64,000 nucleotides of DNA, from the NCBI GenBank assembly GCA_963681965.1, contig OY820579.1, forward strand, positions 4,064,001 to 4,128,000, given 5' to 3'. Below, piece after piece: positions 1-9,219 of the stretch (position 1 is its first letter; each line of letters begins with the position of its first letter). The stretch is from a bacterium. Lineage in GTDB: Bacteria; Electryoneota; JAOADG01. The position numbers and the translations under genes are program-made. The notes beneath the pieces were generated by a model that worked only from the letters and a program-made list of their open reading frames with translations, was not told where the DNA came from and did no database searches.

Positions 1-363
1 CTACCTTGGGTCGATGGAACAGGAGCAGGATGGGATCTTACTTCAGGTCCAGATGTCAATATTTACTTTGGCCCTTTGCCAGTAAGTGAAACCAGTGGAT
101 CGTTTCTTTACTCTTGGGGAACACTAACAGATTTGACACAATCACAGCTTCCTATTTCAGCTTATATATCCACTCCTTGGCAATTTGCAAATTGGAGTAC
201 AAGTTACGGTTTTGCTTTTTACGATTACGATGCAGGTTCATCCAATGATCTTATGGGTACTGTGTCGTTCACAATCAACAATCTTATCACACAAGGTTAT
301 TTGAATTCATACAATCTTCAGACGGGAAGTTATCGGTTAAAATTGGTGGTGCATTGGCAATAA
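1..363 (+). CDS. 3' part of a hypothetical protein, truncated by the window edge
   Basis: Frame 1 is open from base 1 (LPWVDGTGAGWDLTSGPDVNIYFGP...) to TAA at 361-363, followed directly by a terminator. Confidence 0.65.
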   Translation, partial: LPWVDGTGAGWDLTSGPDVNIYFGPLPVSETSGSFLYSWGTLTDLTQSQLPISAYISTPWQFANWSTSYGFAFYDYDAGSSNDLMGTVSFTINNLITQGYLNSYNLQTGSYRLKLVVHWQ

Positions 364-371
364 ATTTTAAC

Positions 372-405
372 AAAAAAAGGCGGAACCTTCGTTCCGCCTT
401 TTTTT
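372..405. terminator. Intrinsic terminator, potentially bidirectional
   Basis: A7-GGCGGAAC-cttc-GTTCCGCC-T7. Confidence 0.85.
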
Positions 406-439
406 AGGATCGTGAATCCTACATCCATTCTCTTTTTGT

Positions 440-552
440 TGGCGCAGGCCTCCGAGCCTGCGATTTTTTGTTATTGAGCTTGATCGGAATATCGGGCTAA
501 TGAATAGGATAAAGACAAATGACTCAAGACGCAGGCTCGGAGGCCTGCGCCA
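440..552. repeat. REPIN-like pair of perfect 23-bp inverted repeats
   Basis: TGGCGCAGGCCTCCGAGCCTGCG at 440-462 and its exact reverse complement at 530-552; each arm is itself a hairpin. Confidence 0.8.
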
Positions 553-758
553 CCCCTTCTGTTCACTAATTCCTTAGCAAAACAACCCATAGCCTGTCTT
601 GCACAGAGACATGCGCCACCAAGAAAAAGGAATTTGTTCGTTTTTTCACATCACGGTACGATTTTGCGTGAAAATATACTATATTCGCAAGTTGTCAACC
701 GGACAATACCCAATCGAATCTGAAGTTAATCGATAAACGTTGCAGCAAGGGAGCCTAA

Positions 759-1595
759 ATGGGCAATCGCATTCTTGCCCGGGAAGTATTGGCAGATCGC
801 GTCAAAAAAATCGTGGTACAAGCCGAACGGATCGCACAAAAGCGGAAAGCCGGTCAATTTATTATTCTCCGAACCACCGATGTCGGGGAACGTATTCCCT
901 TGACCATCGCCGATGCCGATCCTGTCGCCGGAACCGTCACGCTGATCTTCCAAGAGGTAGGTAAATCGACCTACGAACTCGGATCGATGCAAGTCGGCGA
1001 CGAACTCGCCGATCTCTGCGGTCCACTCGGACGACCGACTCATATCGAAAACCGCGGCATTGTCGTGGTAGTCGGTGGCGGTATCGGTGTCGCGCCGGTA
1101 CACCCCATCGCGCAAGCAATGAAAGCCGCCGGTAACACCGTCCTCGGCATCATCGGCGCTCGCACCAAAGAACTGCTGATCATGGAAGACGAAATGCGCA
1201 AGATTTGCGATGAATTATTCGTCACCACCGACGACGGTAGTTACGGGATCCACGGTTTCGTGACCAATGTCCTCCAAAAATTGATCGCCGAGCGAACCAT
1301 TGCCGAAGTTGTCGCGATCGGTCCGGTACCGATGATGAATGCGTGTTGCAAAGTGACCAAGGAAACCAGTACCCCGACGCTCGTATCGTTGAATCCGATC
1401 ATGGTCGACGGTACCGGAATGTGCGGCGCATGCCGTGTCACAGTTGCCGGTCGCACGCGGTTCGTCTGCGTCGATGGTCCCGAATTTAATGGACACGATG
1501 TCGACTTCCGCGAATTGATGATGCGTCAGCGCATGTACCTTCCACAGGAAGAAGAAGCGAATACACTGTATCGCAATGCCCACGCAGCACATTAA
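759..1595 (+). CDS. nfnA: Electron-bifurcating transhydrogenase small subunit (NfnA/SudB-like FAD/NAD-binding 2Fe-2S protein)
   Basis: GERIPLTIAD, GPLG, GGGIGVAP and MVDGTGMCGACRV...CVDGPEF motifs; directly upstream of a GltD-like gene. Confidence 0.88.
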   Translation: MGNRILAREVLADRVKKIVVQAERIAQKRKAGQFIILRTTDVGERIPLTIADADPVAGTVTLIFQEVGKSTYELGSMQVGDELADLCGPLGRPTHIENRGIVVVVGGGIGVAPVHPIAQAMKAAGNTVLGIIGARTKELLIMEDEMRKICDELFVTTDDGSYGIHGFVTNVLQKLIAERTIAEVVAIGPVPMMNACCKVTKETSTPTLVSLNPIMVDGTGMCGACRVTVAGRTRFVCVDGPEFNGHDVDFRELMMRQRMYLPQEEEANTLYRNAHAAH

Positions 1596-1660
1596 TCCGG
1601 TCATTGAGCTGGTTGTAGAAACGGTTTTCGTTTGAGATTAAGAAGTAGAAAGAGTGCGGA

Positions 1661-3067
1661 ATGCCAGTTAAAGAGAAATTGCCCCGACATGCTATGCCCG
1701 AACAGGAACCGTTGGTTCGTGCGAAAAATTTTCTTGAAGTACCGTTCGGTTACACTGCCGAACTAGCCAAAGCGGAAGCTTCGCGCTGTATCCAGTGCAA
1801 GAATCCCAAATGTATCGCCGGCTGCCCGGTCGGGATCGATATCCCGGCATTCATTAAATTAATCGAGACTGGTGATTTTGCGGCATCCGCGCGCAAGATC
1901 AAAGAGATGAATGCGCTCCCGGCGATTTGCGGTCGCGTCTGTCCGCAAGAGGAACAGTGCGAAAAAGTGTGTGTCGTTGGGATCAAGCAACAACCAGTCG
2001 CGATCGGTCGACTTGAACGATTTGCCGCCGATTTCGAACGCGAGAACAATCTTGTCACGATTCCTGAAAAAGCCCCTGCAACCGGTAAACGGATCGCGGT
2101 GGTAGGTAGTGGTCCGGCGGGATTGACGGTTGCCGGCGACTTAGCGCTACTCGGACATGAAGTAACAGTCTTCGAAGCGTTGCATAAAGCCGGTGGTGTG
2201 TTGATTTACGGTATTCCCGAATTCCGACTGCCGAAAAAGATTGTGCAGTTGGAAGTGAATTATCTCGAATCGCTCGGTGTGAAATTCGTTTTTAACTGCG
2301 TTGTAGGTAGAACCTTCACAGTATCCGAACTGATCGAAGAAGAAAAATTCGATGCAGTATTCCTTGGTACCGGCGCAGGTTTGCCGTACTTCATGAATAT
2401 TCCCGGTGAGAATCTTTGTGGTGTCTATTCGGCGAATGAATTTCTGACTCGCTCGAATTTAATGCGTGCCTTCGAATTCCCGACGTCTGACACTCCGATT
2501 CAAAAGGGCAAGAAAGTAGCGGTGCTCGGTGGCGGTAACGTCGCAATGGATGCGGCTCGAACGGCATTGCGCCTCGGCGCCGAGAAAGTCTCCATCGTCT
2601 ATCGCCGTAGTCGCACCGAAATGCCGGCACGTATCGAAGAAATTCATCACGGCGAGGAAGAGGGTATCGAATTCAGTCTGCTGACGAACCCGATTGAATT
2701 GCTCGGCGATGATCAAGGGTGGGTGCGGGCAATGAAGATGGTGCGTATGGAACTCGGTGAACCGGATGCCAGTGGGCGTCGTCGACCGGTCGTGATCGAA
2801 GGTTCGGAATACGAGCAGGAATTCGATTGTGTCGTGGTTTCCATCGGCAATGGTTCCAATCCACTGATTCCCCAGACTACTCCCGGTCTGAACACCAATA
2901 AGTGGGGTAATATTACCGCCGACGATAACGGCGCGACATCTATTCCCGGTGTGTATGCCGGCGGCGATGTCGTGATTGGTGCAGCGACCGTGATTTTGGC
3001 AATGGGTATGGCACGTAAATCGTCGGCTGCCATGCACAAATATTTAATGGAACCTCAACAAGCTTAA
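1661..3067 (+). CDS. nfnB: NfnB/SudA-like large subunit (GltD-like, often annotated as homotetrameric glutamate synthase)
   Basis: RCIQC..CIAGCPV, CGRVCPQEEQCE, GSGPAG, YGIPEFRLPK, GGGNVAMD, GEPDASGRR. Confidence 0.9.
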   Translation: MPVKEKLPRHAMPEQEPLVRAKNFLEVPFGYTAELAKAEASRCIQCKNPKCIAGCPVGIDIPAFIKLIETGDFAASARKIKEMNALPAICGRVCPQEEQCEKVCVVGIKQQPVAIGRLERFAADFERENNLVTIPEKAPATGKRIAVVGSGPAGLTVAGDLALLGHEVTVFEALHKAGGVLIYGIPEFRLPKKIVQLEVNYLESLGVKFVFNCVVGRTFTVSELIEEEKFDAVFLGTGAGLPYFMNIPGENLCGVYSANEFLTRSNLMRAFEFPTSDTPIQKGKKVAVLGGGNVAMDAARTALRLGAEKVSIVYRRSRTEMPARIEEIHHGEEEGIEFSLLTNPIELLGDDQGWVRAMKMVRMELGEPDASGRRRPVVIEGSEYEQEFDCVVVSIGNGSNPLIPQTTPGLNTNKWGNITADDNGATSIPGVYAGGDVVIGAATVILAMGMARKSSAAMHKYLMEPQQA

Positions 3068-3086
3068 TTCATCGATATTGAATAAT

Positions 3087-3126
3087 GAAAGACCCGACAG
3101 GTTAGCTCCTGCCGGGTTTTCTTTTT
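3087..3126. terminator. Terminator between convergent nfnB and the PAS gene
   Basis: Imperfect stem ACCCGACAGG/CCTGCCGGGT followed by a T-rich tract. Confidence 0.65.
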
Positions 3127-3137
3127 ATCGGAAAGTG

Positions 3138-5672
3138 TCAATCGTGGGGAATTTCGATATCGGGATAGAGACGTTCCAAACAATCGGGACATAAACCGTG
3201 TGTAAATTCCGCTTCAGTGTGATTACTGATGAAAACTTCAAGTTGTGTCCAGTATCCTTTGTCGTCGCGAATTTTTTTGCAACTGGAACAGATCGGCAGC
3301 AAACCACTAAGGGTCGAAATTTCGCCGAGTGCTTTTTGTAGCATCGAGATTAATTCTTCGCGCTCAATTTCAATCCGTTTTTGTTCGGTGATATCTTCGT
3401 ACGTTCCAAGCAGACCGATGATCGTTCCGTCACGATCGAATAACGGAATTTTACTCGTCCGCGACCAACTTGGCGATCCGTCCGAGTGAATGTTCGATTC
3501 TTGATAGTTTAGTCGCGCAACGCCGCTGTCGATGACAGCTAGATCGTTCATATGAAATGATTTCGCTGTGTTTATTCCGAATAAATCGAAATCGGATTTG
3601 CCGACGATCTCTTCCGGTTTACTGAATCCCGCATCGATTGCGAATTTCGTATTGCAACCCAAATAGTTCAGGTTCCGATCTTTCCAGAAAATCCGTTGCG
3701 GAACATTGTCGAGCACGAATTGGAGCATTTGTCGGGAACGGAACAACTCGCGTTCGGTATGCTTTCGCTCGCTGATATCTTCGAATGTTCCAAGTAAACC
3801 TTGTAGTTTCCCTTCGCGATCCAATAACGGAATCTTGTTGATATTCACCCAAACTTCGGTACCATCTTCAAGTACATTCATCTCTTCGGAATTGAGGCGA
3901 GGAATTCCAGATTCCAGAACACACCGATCGGTTTCGCGAAACGCTTCGCCAAATTGCTTCCATGACAAGTCGAAATCGGTTTTTCCGGCGATTTCGCTGG
4001 CATCGGACAATCCAGCATCTTCGGCGCAAAATCGGTTGCAACCGACATACGTAAGATTGCGATCCTTCCAAAACACGCGTTGCGGAATATTGTCAAGAAT
4101 GAATTGCAGTTTCTGATTCGATTGAAACAGCTCTTCTTCAGTCTGTTTCAAATCGGTGATATCCCAATTGGTACCGAGTATCCGAATCGGTTTTCCCTCA
4201 GCATCCCGTTGAATCGTAGCAAATGCTTTGATGAAATGGACCGATTGATCGCTCCAGATGATTCGAAATTCTGTGTTGTACTCGGATTCTCCGGATAGAG
4301 ATTGACGAAGTCTTTTCAGTGCAAAGTCGCGATCGTCGGGATGAATTGCATTCACCCAGGAATCGAACGTACCGCCAAACGACCCGGGTGTCAATCCATA
4401 CAGATGCTGCATCTGTTCGTCCCAATCGAGTCGATTCGCAATCAGATCGTAATCCCAAATTCCTACTTTAGCCGCTGCTGTAGCCAATCGTAATCGTTCG
4501 GACAATTGATTCAGCTTTTGTTCGTTAATCCGACGTTCAGAGATGTCGCGAGTAACTCCAATGACACCGATCGGTAATCCGTTTTTATTCGTCAGAAAAT
4601 TGATCGATACTTCGGTCCATACAGTAGATCCGTCTTTGCAGATTTGTTCCAATTCGATAAACTGCGTCTTCAATGGACGATGAGTTCTGACCCGATCGAT
4701 CACATCATACATGATCGATGTGGCATATTCCGCCGATGCCGGAGTAAATGTTTCCTCGAAGCTTAAGTGCACAGCCTCGTCCGGTAGATAACCACGGAGG
4801 CGAGTTACCGACGGACTGATGTAAGTAAAGTGACCTTCCAGATCCATCGTCCAAATAACATCGGAGACATTATTCGATATTAACTGAAAAATACTATCTC
4901 GATTGTATAAATCTTCTTCAAGTTTCTTCGTATCGGTGATATCCGAAACGAAGATAATGACTGATTCGACTTGCTGAGCGGAATCGATAACTGGATGAAG
5001 TACTACGGAAAGTTTTTGCGAGTTGCGTGTCGTTTCGAACAATTTTGGTTGTTTCGATTGAATCGTCTCTTGGAAGATTTCGCGATATTGCGGTTCAGAA
5101 CTATTCGGCAAGTCGATAAAAATATTTTTTCCGGGAAGCGTTCCCAATGGATATTGCAATCGAGAATACAATTTCCGGTTGGCAAGCAAAATCTTTCCAT
5201 CGATATCGACAATCATCGCCGAGTTTGTTAACGAATCGATCACTGTTTGCGGACTGATAGTCGGTTGATTACCGGAAAGCTTGACGTTTTTTCTAGCTCG
5301 AGTGGAATTGAAAACATGTCGAACTGTCGCAGTTAAAAAATCTGATCGAATGATACAGTCATAAATTCCGGACTCGAACAATTTGGTTCGTTGGGAATTG
5401 TCAAGTGAGGTGGCTACGACGATCACAGGAACTGATTTTTCGTTGTTCACGATAGATTTTAATGCGGCTGGATCGATTTCCGATGGCGATTGCAGACTTA
5501 ACAGGATGATATCGTAATCGTGATTTTGAAGCTGATGGAGTGATTGGGGAACTCCATCGACAGATCTGAGTACGACTCCCGAGTTAAAGGTTCGATCCAA
5601 TACTTTTTTTATCGAAGTCTGAATTTTTGGAGAGGGTTCGATCAGAAGAATCTTGATCGCAGTATTGCCCAT
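3138..5672 (-). CDS. Multi-PAS sensor protein with N-terminal receiver-like domain and C-terminal Cys-rich domain
   Basis: REC-like start (IKILLIE...YDIILLS), about five PAS/PAC units ending in DITD/DISE/DITE, C-terminal LLPICSSCKKIRDDKGYW...THGLCPDC. Confidence 0.85.
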   Translation of the reverse strand: MGNTAIKILLIEPSPKIQTSIKKVLDRTFNSGVVLRSVDGVPQSLHQLQNHDYDIILLSLQSPSEIDPAALKSIVNNEKSVPVIVVATSLDNSQRTKLFESGIYDCIIRSDFLTATVRHVFNSTRARKNVKLSGNQPTISPQTVIDSLTNSAMIVDIDGKILLANRKLYSRLQYPLGTLPGKNIFIDLPNSSEPQYREIFQETIQSKQPKLFETTRNSQKLSVVLHPVIDSAQQVESVIIFVSDITDTKKLEEDLYNRDSIFQLISNNVSDVIWTMDLEGHFTYISPSVTRLRGYLPDEAVHLSFEETFTPASAEYATSIMYDVIDRVRTHRPLKTQFIELEQICKDGSTVWTEVSINFLTNKNGLPIGVIGVTRDISERRINEQKLNQLSERLRLATAAAKVGIWDYDLIANRLDWDEQMQHLYGLTPGSFGGTFDSWVNAIHPDDRDFALKRLRQSLSGESEYNTEFRIIWSDQSVHFIKAFATIQRDAEGKPIRILGTNWDITDLKQTEEELFQSNQKLQFILDNIPQRVFWKDRNLTYVGCNRFCAEDAGLSDASEIAGKTDFDLSWKQFGEAFRETDRCVLESGIPRLNSEEMNVLEDGTEVWVNINKIPLLDREGKLQGLLGTFEDISERKHTERELFRSRQMLQFVLDNVPQRIFWKDRNLNYLGCNTKFAIDAGFSKPEEIVGKSDFDLFGINTAKSFHMNDLAVIDSGVARLNYQESNIHSDGSPSWSRTSKIPLFDRDGTIIGLLGTYEDITEQKRIEIEREELISMLQKALGEISTLSGLLPICSSCKKIRDDKGYWTQLEVFISNHTEAEFTHGLCPDCLERLYPDIEIPHD

Positions 5673-6097
5673 TGAAAAAACCTCGGTTGAAGCTCAATTG
5701 CACTTCAATATAGGATAATCTCCAGAGAGTTGTACAGTTTTCGAGGTCGAGTATGAATAAATTCAATTTGAATTACACAATAAATTGATAACATAAATGA
5801 ACGTATATCACTCTAGATAATTTATTAGAGATTGCATGAGATGATCTCCAGCATCGAAATTGGTTTTCGCATTTTAGGTCAATCGATCAGTCTGCACGAG
5901 CTGAGAAGGGTCATCAGGGAAATGATCGATTCAGAGTAGCCATGATCAAATGTGATCGATTTCTCGGAAACCCCGGATTTTTTGCTTACTTTATTGGCAC
6001 ATTACGCTGAGAAGAAGCCCCACACCGGGCTGAAATCGATTGAAATTCGACTTCTTAGCCAAGAATCGACTATTGATTACGTAACGGAGATAGTTTT

Positions 6098-7402
6098 ATG
6101 CCTGCCAAAATCGCACCATTCCGCGCGGTACACTTCAACACTGAAAAGATCGACCATCTCGAACAGGTTGTCACCCAACCGTACGATAAGATCGGTCCCG
6201 ATCTTCGCGCCGAATATCTGAAACGTTCACCGTATAACATTGCCCAAGTAATAAAACCAGTCGACGATCCAGCGCTGCCCCCGGACAATGGGTATCAGAC
6301 CGCTGGCGACTTGTTCCAGAAGTGGTTTGAAGACGGTATTCTCGTCCGTCGTCCCGCTCCCGGATTGTACGCCTATGATCAGGAATACGAAGTGGACGGT
6401 GTCTGGGCGACTCGTCACGGTTTTATTGGATTGCTCGATCTCGATGCTGGCAAGGACTTGGTCAAAGCCCACGAAAAGACACTTGCCGGACCGAAAGCCG
6501 ACCGCCTGAAGTTGATGCGAGCCGATGAAGCAAACGAAGGACATATTTTCATGCTCTATTCCGATCCCACGCTGGAAGTATCGAAATTGATCGAACAGGG
6601 ACGTACCGGGAAACCATTGCTTGAAGCCAAAGACGACTTCGGTTGCAATCACAAGGTTTGGGAAATCACCGATCCGACCATTCTAGCAGGTGTTGAAAAA
6701 GGATTGGAGAATAAACTGCTCTTCATCGCCGATGGTCACCACCGTTTTGAAACTGCTCAAAACTATCTTGCCGAGTGCAGGGACAATGGGTGGCGACCGC
6801 TCAGCGCCGAATCGTTTACCCATCGTATGATGACGTTTGTGAACCTCGACGAGCCCGGTTTGACGATCCTCCCGACTCATCGCTTAGTGCGCGACGTGCC
6901 GAATTTTGACGGAGCTGCCTATCTCAAGCAGGCGGAAGCATGGTTCAATGTATCCCGGTTTACCGACCGGAAAGCGTTATTTAATGCGATGAAGCAACCA
7001 GGACATAATTTCGGTGCCTCCATTGCCGGTGTCGATGGCTATATCATGTTGACATTGAAAGACGAAAAAGTCATGGACGAGTTGGGTCCGAAAGAGCAAT
7101 CTTCGGCTTGGAAGCGCCTCGACGTGACGATTCTTCACACTCTGCTACTCGACCGATTGCTCGGCATCGATGCCAAGAAACTGGAAGCCCAGACCAACGT
7201 CGACTATGGTCGCGATCCTAACGCCGCATTCGACAAGCGAGAGGGTGGCAAGTATCAGGCAGTGTTCCTGCTAAATTCGACGAATGTGCAGCAGGTGAAA
7301 GAAGTCGCTGAATTCGGCGAGAAGATGCCGCAGAAATCCACCGACTTCTATCCGAAACTGCTCAGCGGTCTGATTATGATGAAGATGGAAATCAAAAAGT
7401 AA
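6098..7402 (+). CDS. DUF1015 family protein
   Basis: IAPFRA, QPYDKI, HEKT, IADGHHR, PTHR, MPQKSTDFYPKLLSGL motifs. Confidence 0.88.
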   Translation: MPAKIAPFRAVHFNTEKIDHLEQVVTQPYDKIGPDLRAEYLKRSPYNIAQVIKPVDDPALPPDNGYQTAGDLFQKWFEDGILVRRPAPGLYAYDQEYEVDGVWATRHGFIGLLDLDAGKDLVKAHEKTLAGPKADRLKLMRADEANEGHIFMLYSDPTLEVSKLIEQGRTGKPLLEAKDDFGCNHKVWEITDPTILAGVEKGLENKLLFIADGHHRFETAQNYLAECRDNGWRPLSAESFTHRMMTFVNLDEPGLTILPTHRLVRDVPNFDGAAYLKQAEAWFNVSRFTDRKALFNAMKQPGHNFGASIAGVDGYIMLTLKDEKVMDELGPKEQSSAWKRLDVTILHTLLLDRLLGIDAKKLEAQTNVDYGRDPNAAFDKREGGKYQAVFLLNSTNVQQVKEVAEFGEKMPQKSTDFYPKLLSGLIMMKMEIKK

Positions 7403-7425
7403 TTCCGTTCCGATGGAATGATTCG

Positions 7426-7452
7426 AAAAGCGGGTAGCGATACCCGCTTTTT
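7426..7452 (+). terminator. Intrinsic terminator
   Basis: AAAAGCGGGTA-gcga-TACCCGCTTTTT. Confidence 0.8.
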
Positions 7453-7579
7453 CGTTTGTATCAACTAATACGCAATACGAACTCCAATGAATTTCGAGTT
7501 TTATTCGAAAAATCTGGATTCGCTCGATTACGATAATTATTTTGATGGAACATCAACCAAGCGTTGACTGATCCGTTTC

Positions 7580-8077
7580 GTGAAGGGTGCCATGACAATT
7601 TCCGAGGCATGTTCAATTTTGCAGGTATCGCGACAAGCGTCCCGAACCGAAGTGAAACGTGCTTATCATCGTGCCGCTCTGCAAGTGCATCCCGATCAGT
7701 TGTCAGCGTTACCCGAAGAGCAAAGACATCACGCAGAAGAACAATTCAAGACGCTGAATGAAGCTTATCATTTCTTATTGAATCGACTTCCGCCAGATGC
7801 CCGAAAACAACCGCTATCCGATTCGTCACAAGGCACGGACCGAGCCGATTCCACGCTTTCGGATCGCAAATCGGCGACGGCGTACGGTACTTTCGTCGCA
7901 ACGGAACAGCCGCCATTATACAGAACCCGATTTACTATTGCTCGGATCGGGTTATTGATCTTCGGAATTCCGATTGTCATCCATTTTTTTCGAGTATCGT
8001 CGCTAGCATTCGGTATGATGGTTCTGTTAGCCGTAATATTCACCTATTTGATTTTCCGCTTTTTCGAGAAACTGTAA
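7580..8077 (+). CDS. J-domain protein with two C-terminal TM helices (start may be ATG 7592)
   Basis: ILQVS...EVKRAYH...VHPD...AEEQFKTLNEAY, then two hydrophobic segments. Confidence 0.85.
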   Translation: MKGAMTISEACSILQVSRQASRTEVKRAYHRAALQVHPDQLSALPEEQRHHAEEQFKTLNEAYHFLLNRLPPDARKQPLSDSSQGTDRADSTLSDRKSATAYGTFVATEQPPLYRTRFTIARIGLLIFGIPIVIHFFRVSSLAFGMMVLLAVIFTYLIFRFFEKL

Positions 8078-8081
8078 CGAT

Positions 8082-8612
8082 ATGGAATTAGCGCAGGCAT
8101 ACGATCTTCTTTTACTCCCGTTCGGATCCACTCTCGAAGAGGTGAAGCGCGCCTATCACGGTGAAGCGCAACTCGTTCATCCCGATAAATTGGTCGATTT
8201 ACCACTGGAAGTTCGACAACATGCCGAAGAACGCTTCAAACAACTCAACGAGGCATACCAAAAATTAACCGATTATATCGAAGCGAATGGCGCGCCGCTT
8301 CAGAAAAAGGCGATCGACCTCGATTTCGATGAGCAGCCACTGCAAACCACAATCGATCCTACTGAAAACGATAGAGCGCCAACCGAACCTACGCACCTGT
8401 CGCCCAATGAAGCGATGGGCGTATTCATGGCACAGGAGTTGGGTCGCCGTGGGCGAATTGAAGATCAGTCAAAGAAATTAATGATTATCGTCTTTGGAGG
8501 AGTATTTTTACTCAATATTATCATTCGTAGTTGTGCCTATTATGACCGGTATTCATACCGCAATCAACGCTCACCGGCACCGACACCAGTCGACACAACG
8601 GAAACACCTTAA
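8082..8612 (+). CDS. J-domain protein with C-terminal TM helix
   Basis: AYDLLLL...EVKRAYH...VHPDK...AEERFKQLNEAY; TM LMIIVFGGVFLLNIII. Confidence 0.85.
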   Translation: MELAQAYDLLLLPFGSTLEEVKRAYHGEAQLVHPDKLVDLPLEVRQHAEERFKQLNEAYQKLTDYIEANGAPLQKKAIDLDFDEQPLQTTIDPTENDRAPTEPTHLSPNEAMGVFMAQELGRRGRIEDQSKKLMIIVFGGVFLLNIIIRSCAYYDRYSYRNQRSPAPTPVDTTETP

Positions 8613-8629
8613 CCGAACCGGATCGATAT

Positions 8630-9124
8630 TTGGAAATTCGCTCTGCATATTCACTGTTAGCGTTACCGACTGATGCGAGCCGGGAACGGATCGATGCTGC
8701 ATTTTCGGCGGAACAGGCACTGCTCGATCCTATCCGGTTGAGTACCGCCAGCCCCGAGTTACAGGAGCGGGCTGCTAAACGATTGCAGCTCGTAACTGAG
8801 GCGTATCGCGCCATCATTCGAAATCTCGAATTCGGCGGGAAAGCAATACTCGCCGATCTGAAAACACCGGTTCCTCCGCACTCTAAATACGATATCCGCT
8901 ATCAGGATCCGGCAATCAATTTCACCATGCCGAAACCGCAGAAACCGATTCCGAAATTGGATCTGAATTGGATGTATTTTGTCGTTGGGATTGGCTTTCT
9001 GGTGCTGTTGTTGTTCAGTAAATCGGTTGGAAATGTGCTGTTTTATTTTGTTCTAGCCGTCGTCGTTTGTATCGCGATCACTGCCGTAAAGATTTCGCAA
9101 AAATCGCGCGGCGAAGAAGAATAA
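8630..9124 (+). CDS. J-like domain protein lacking HPD, with two C-terminal TM helices
   Basis: AYSLLAL...LLDPIRL...AAKRLQLVTEAY aligns with the two neighbours; two hydrophobic helices. Confidence 0.72.
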   Translation: MEIRSAYSLLALPTDASRERIDAAFSAEQALLDPIRLSTASPELQERAAKRLQLVTEAYRAIIRNLEFGGKAILADLKTPVPPHSKYDIRYQDPAINFTMPKPQKPIPKLDLNWMYFVVGIGFLVLLLFSKSVGNVLFYFVLAVVVCIAITAVKISQKSRGEEE

Positions 9125-9162
9125 TATAACAGGAACACTAAGCGAACTGACATTACAAAAAT

Positions 9163-9185
9163 GGCGGACTAAAGTCCGCCGCTAC
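9163..9185 (-). repeat. GTAG-type REP-like palindrome
   Basis: Minus strand GTAGCGGCGGACTTTAGTCCGCC, between convergent genes. Confidence 0.65.
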
Positions 9186-9219
9186 CGGTGAAATAAAAAC
9201 TACCACTTCAAATCCAACT

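Noticed and set aside
1661-3067. True glutamate synthase small subunit gltD
   Set aside because: No gltB; paired instead with an NfnA-like gene
5948-5969. CRP-like site AAATGTGATCGATTTCTC
   Set aside because: Only one good half-site; too weak to call
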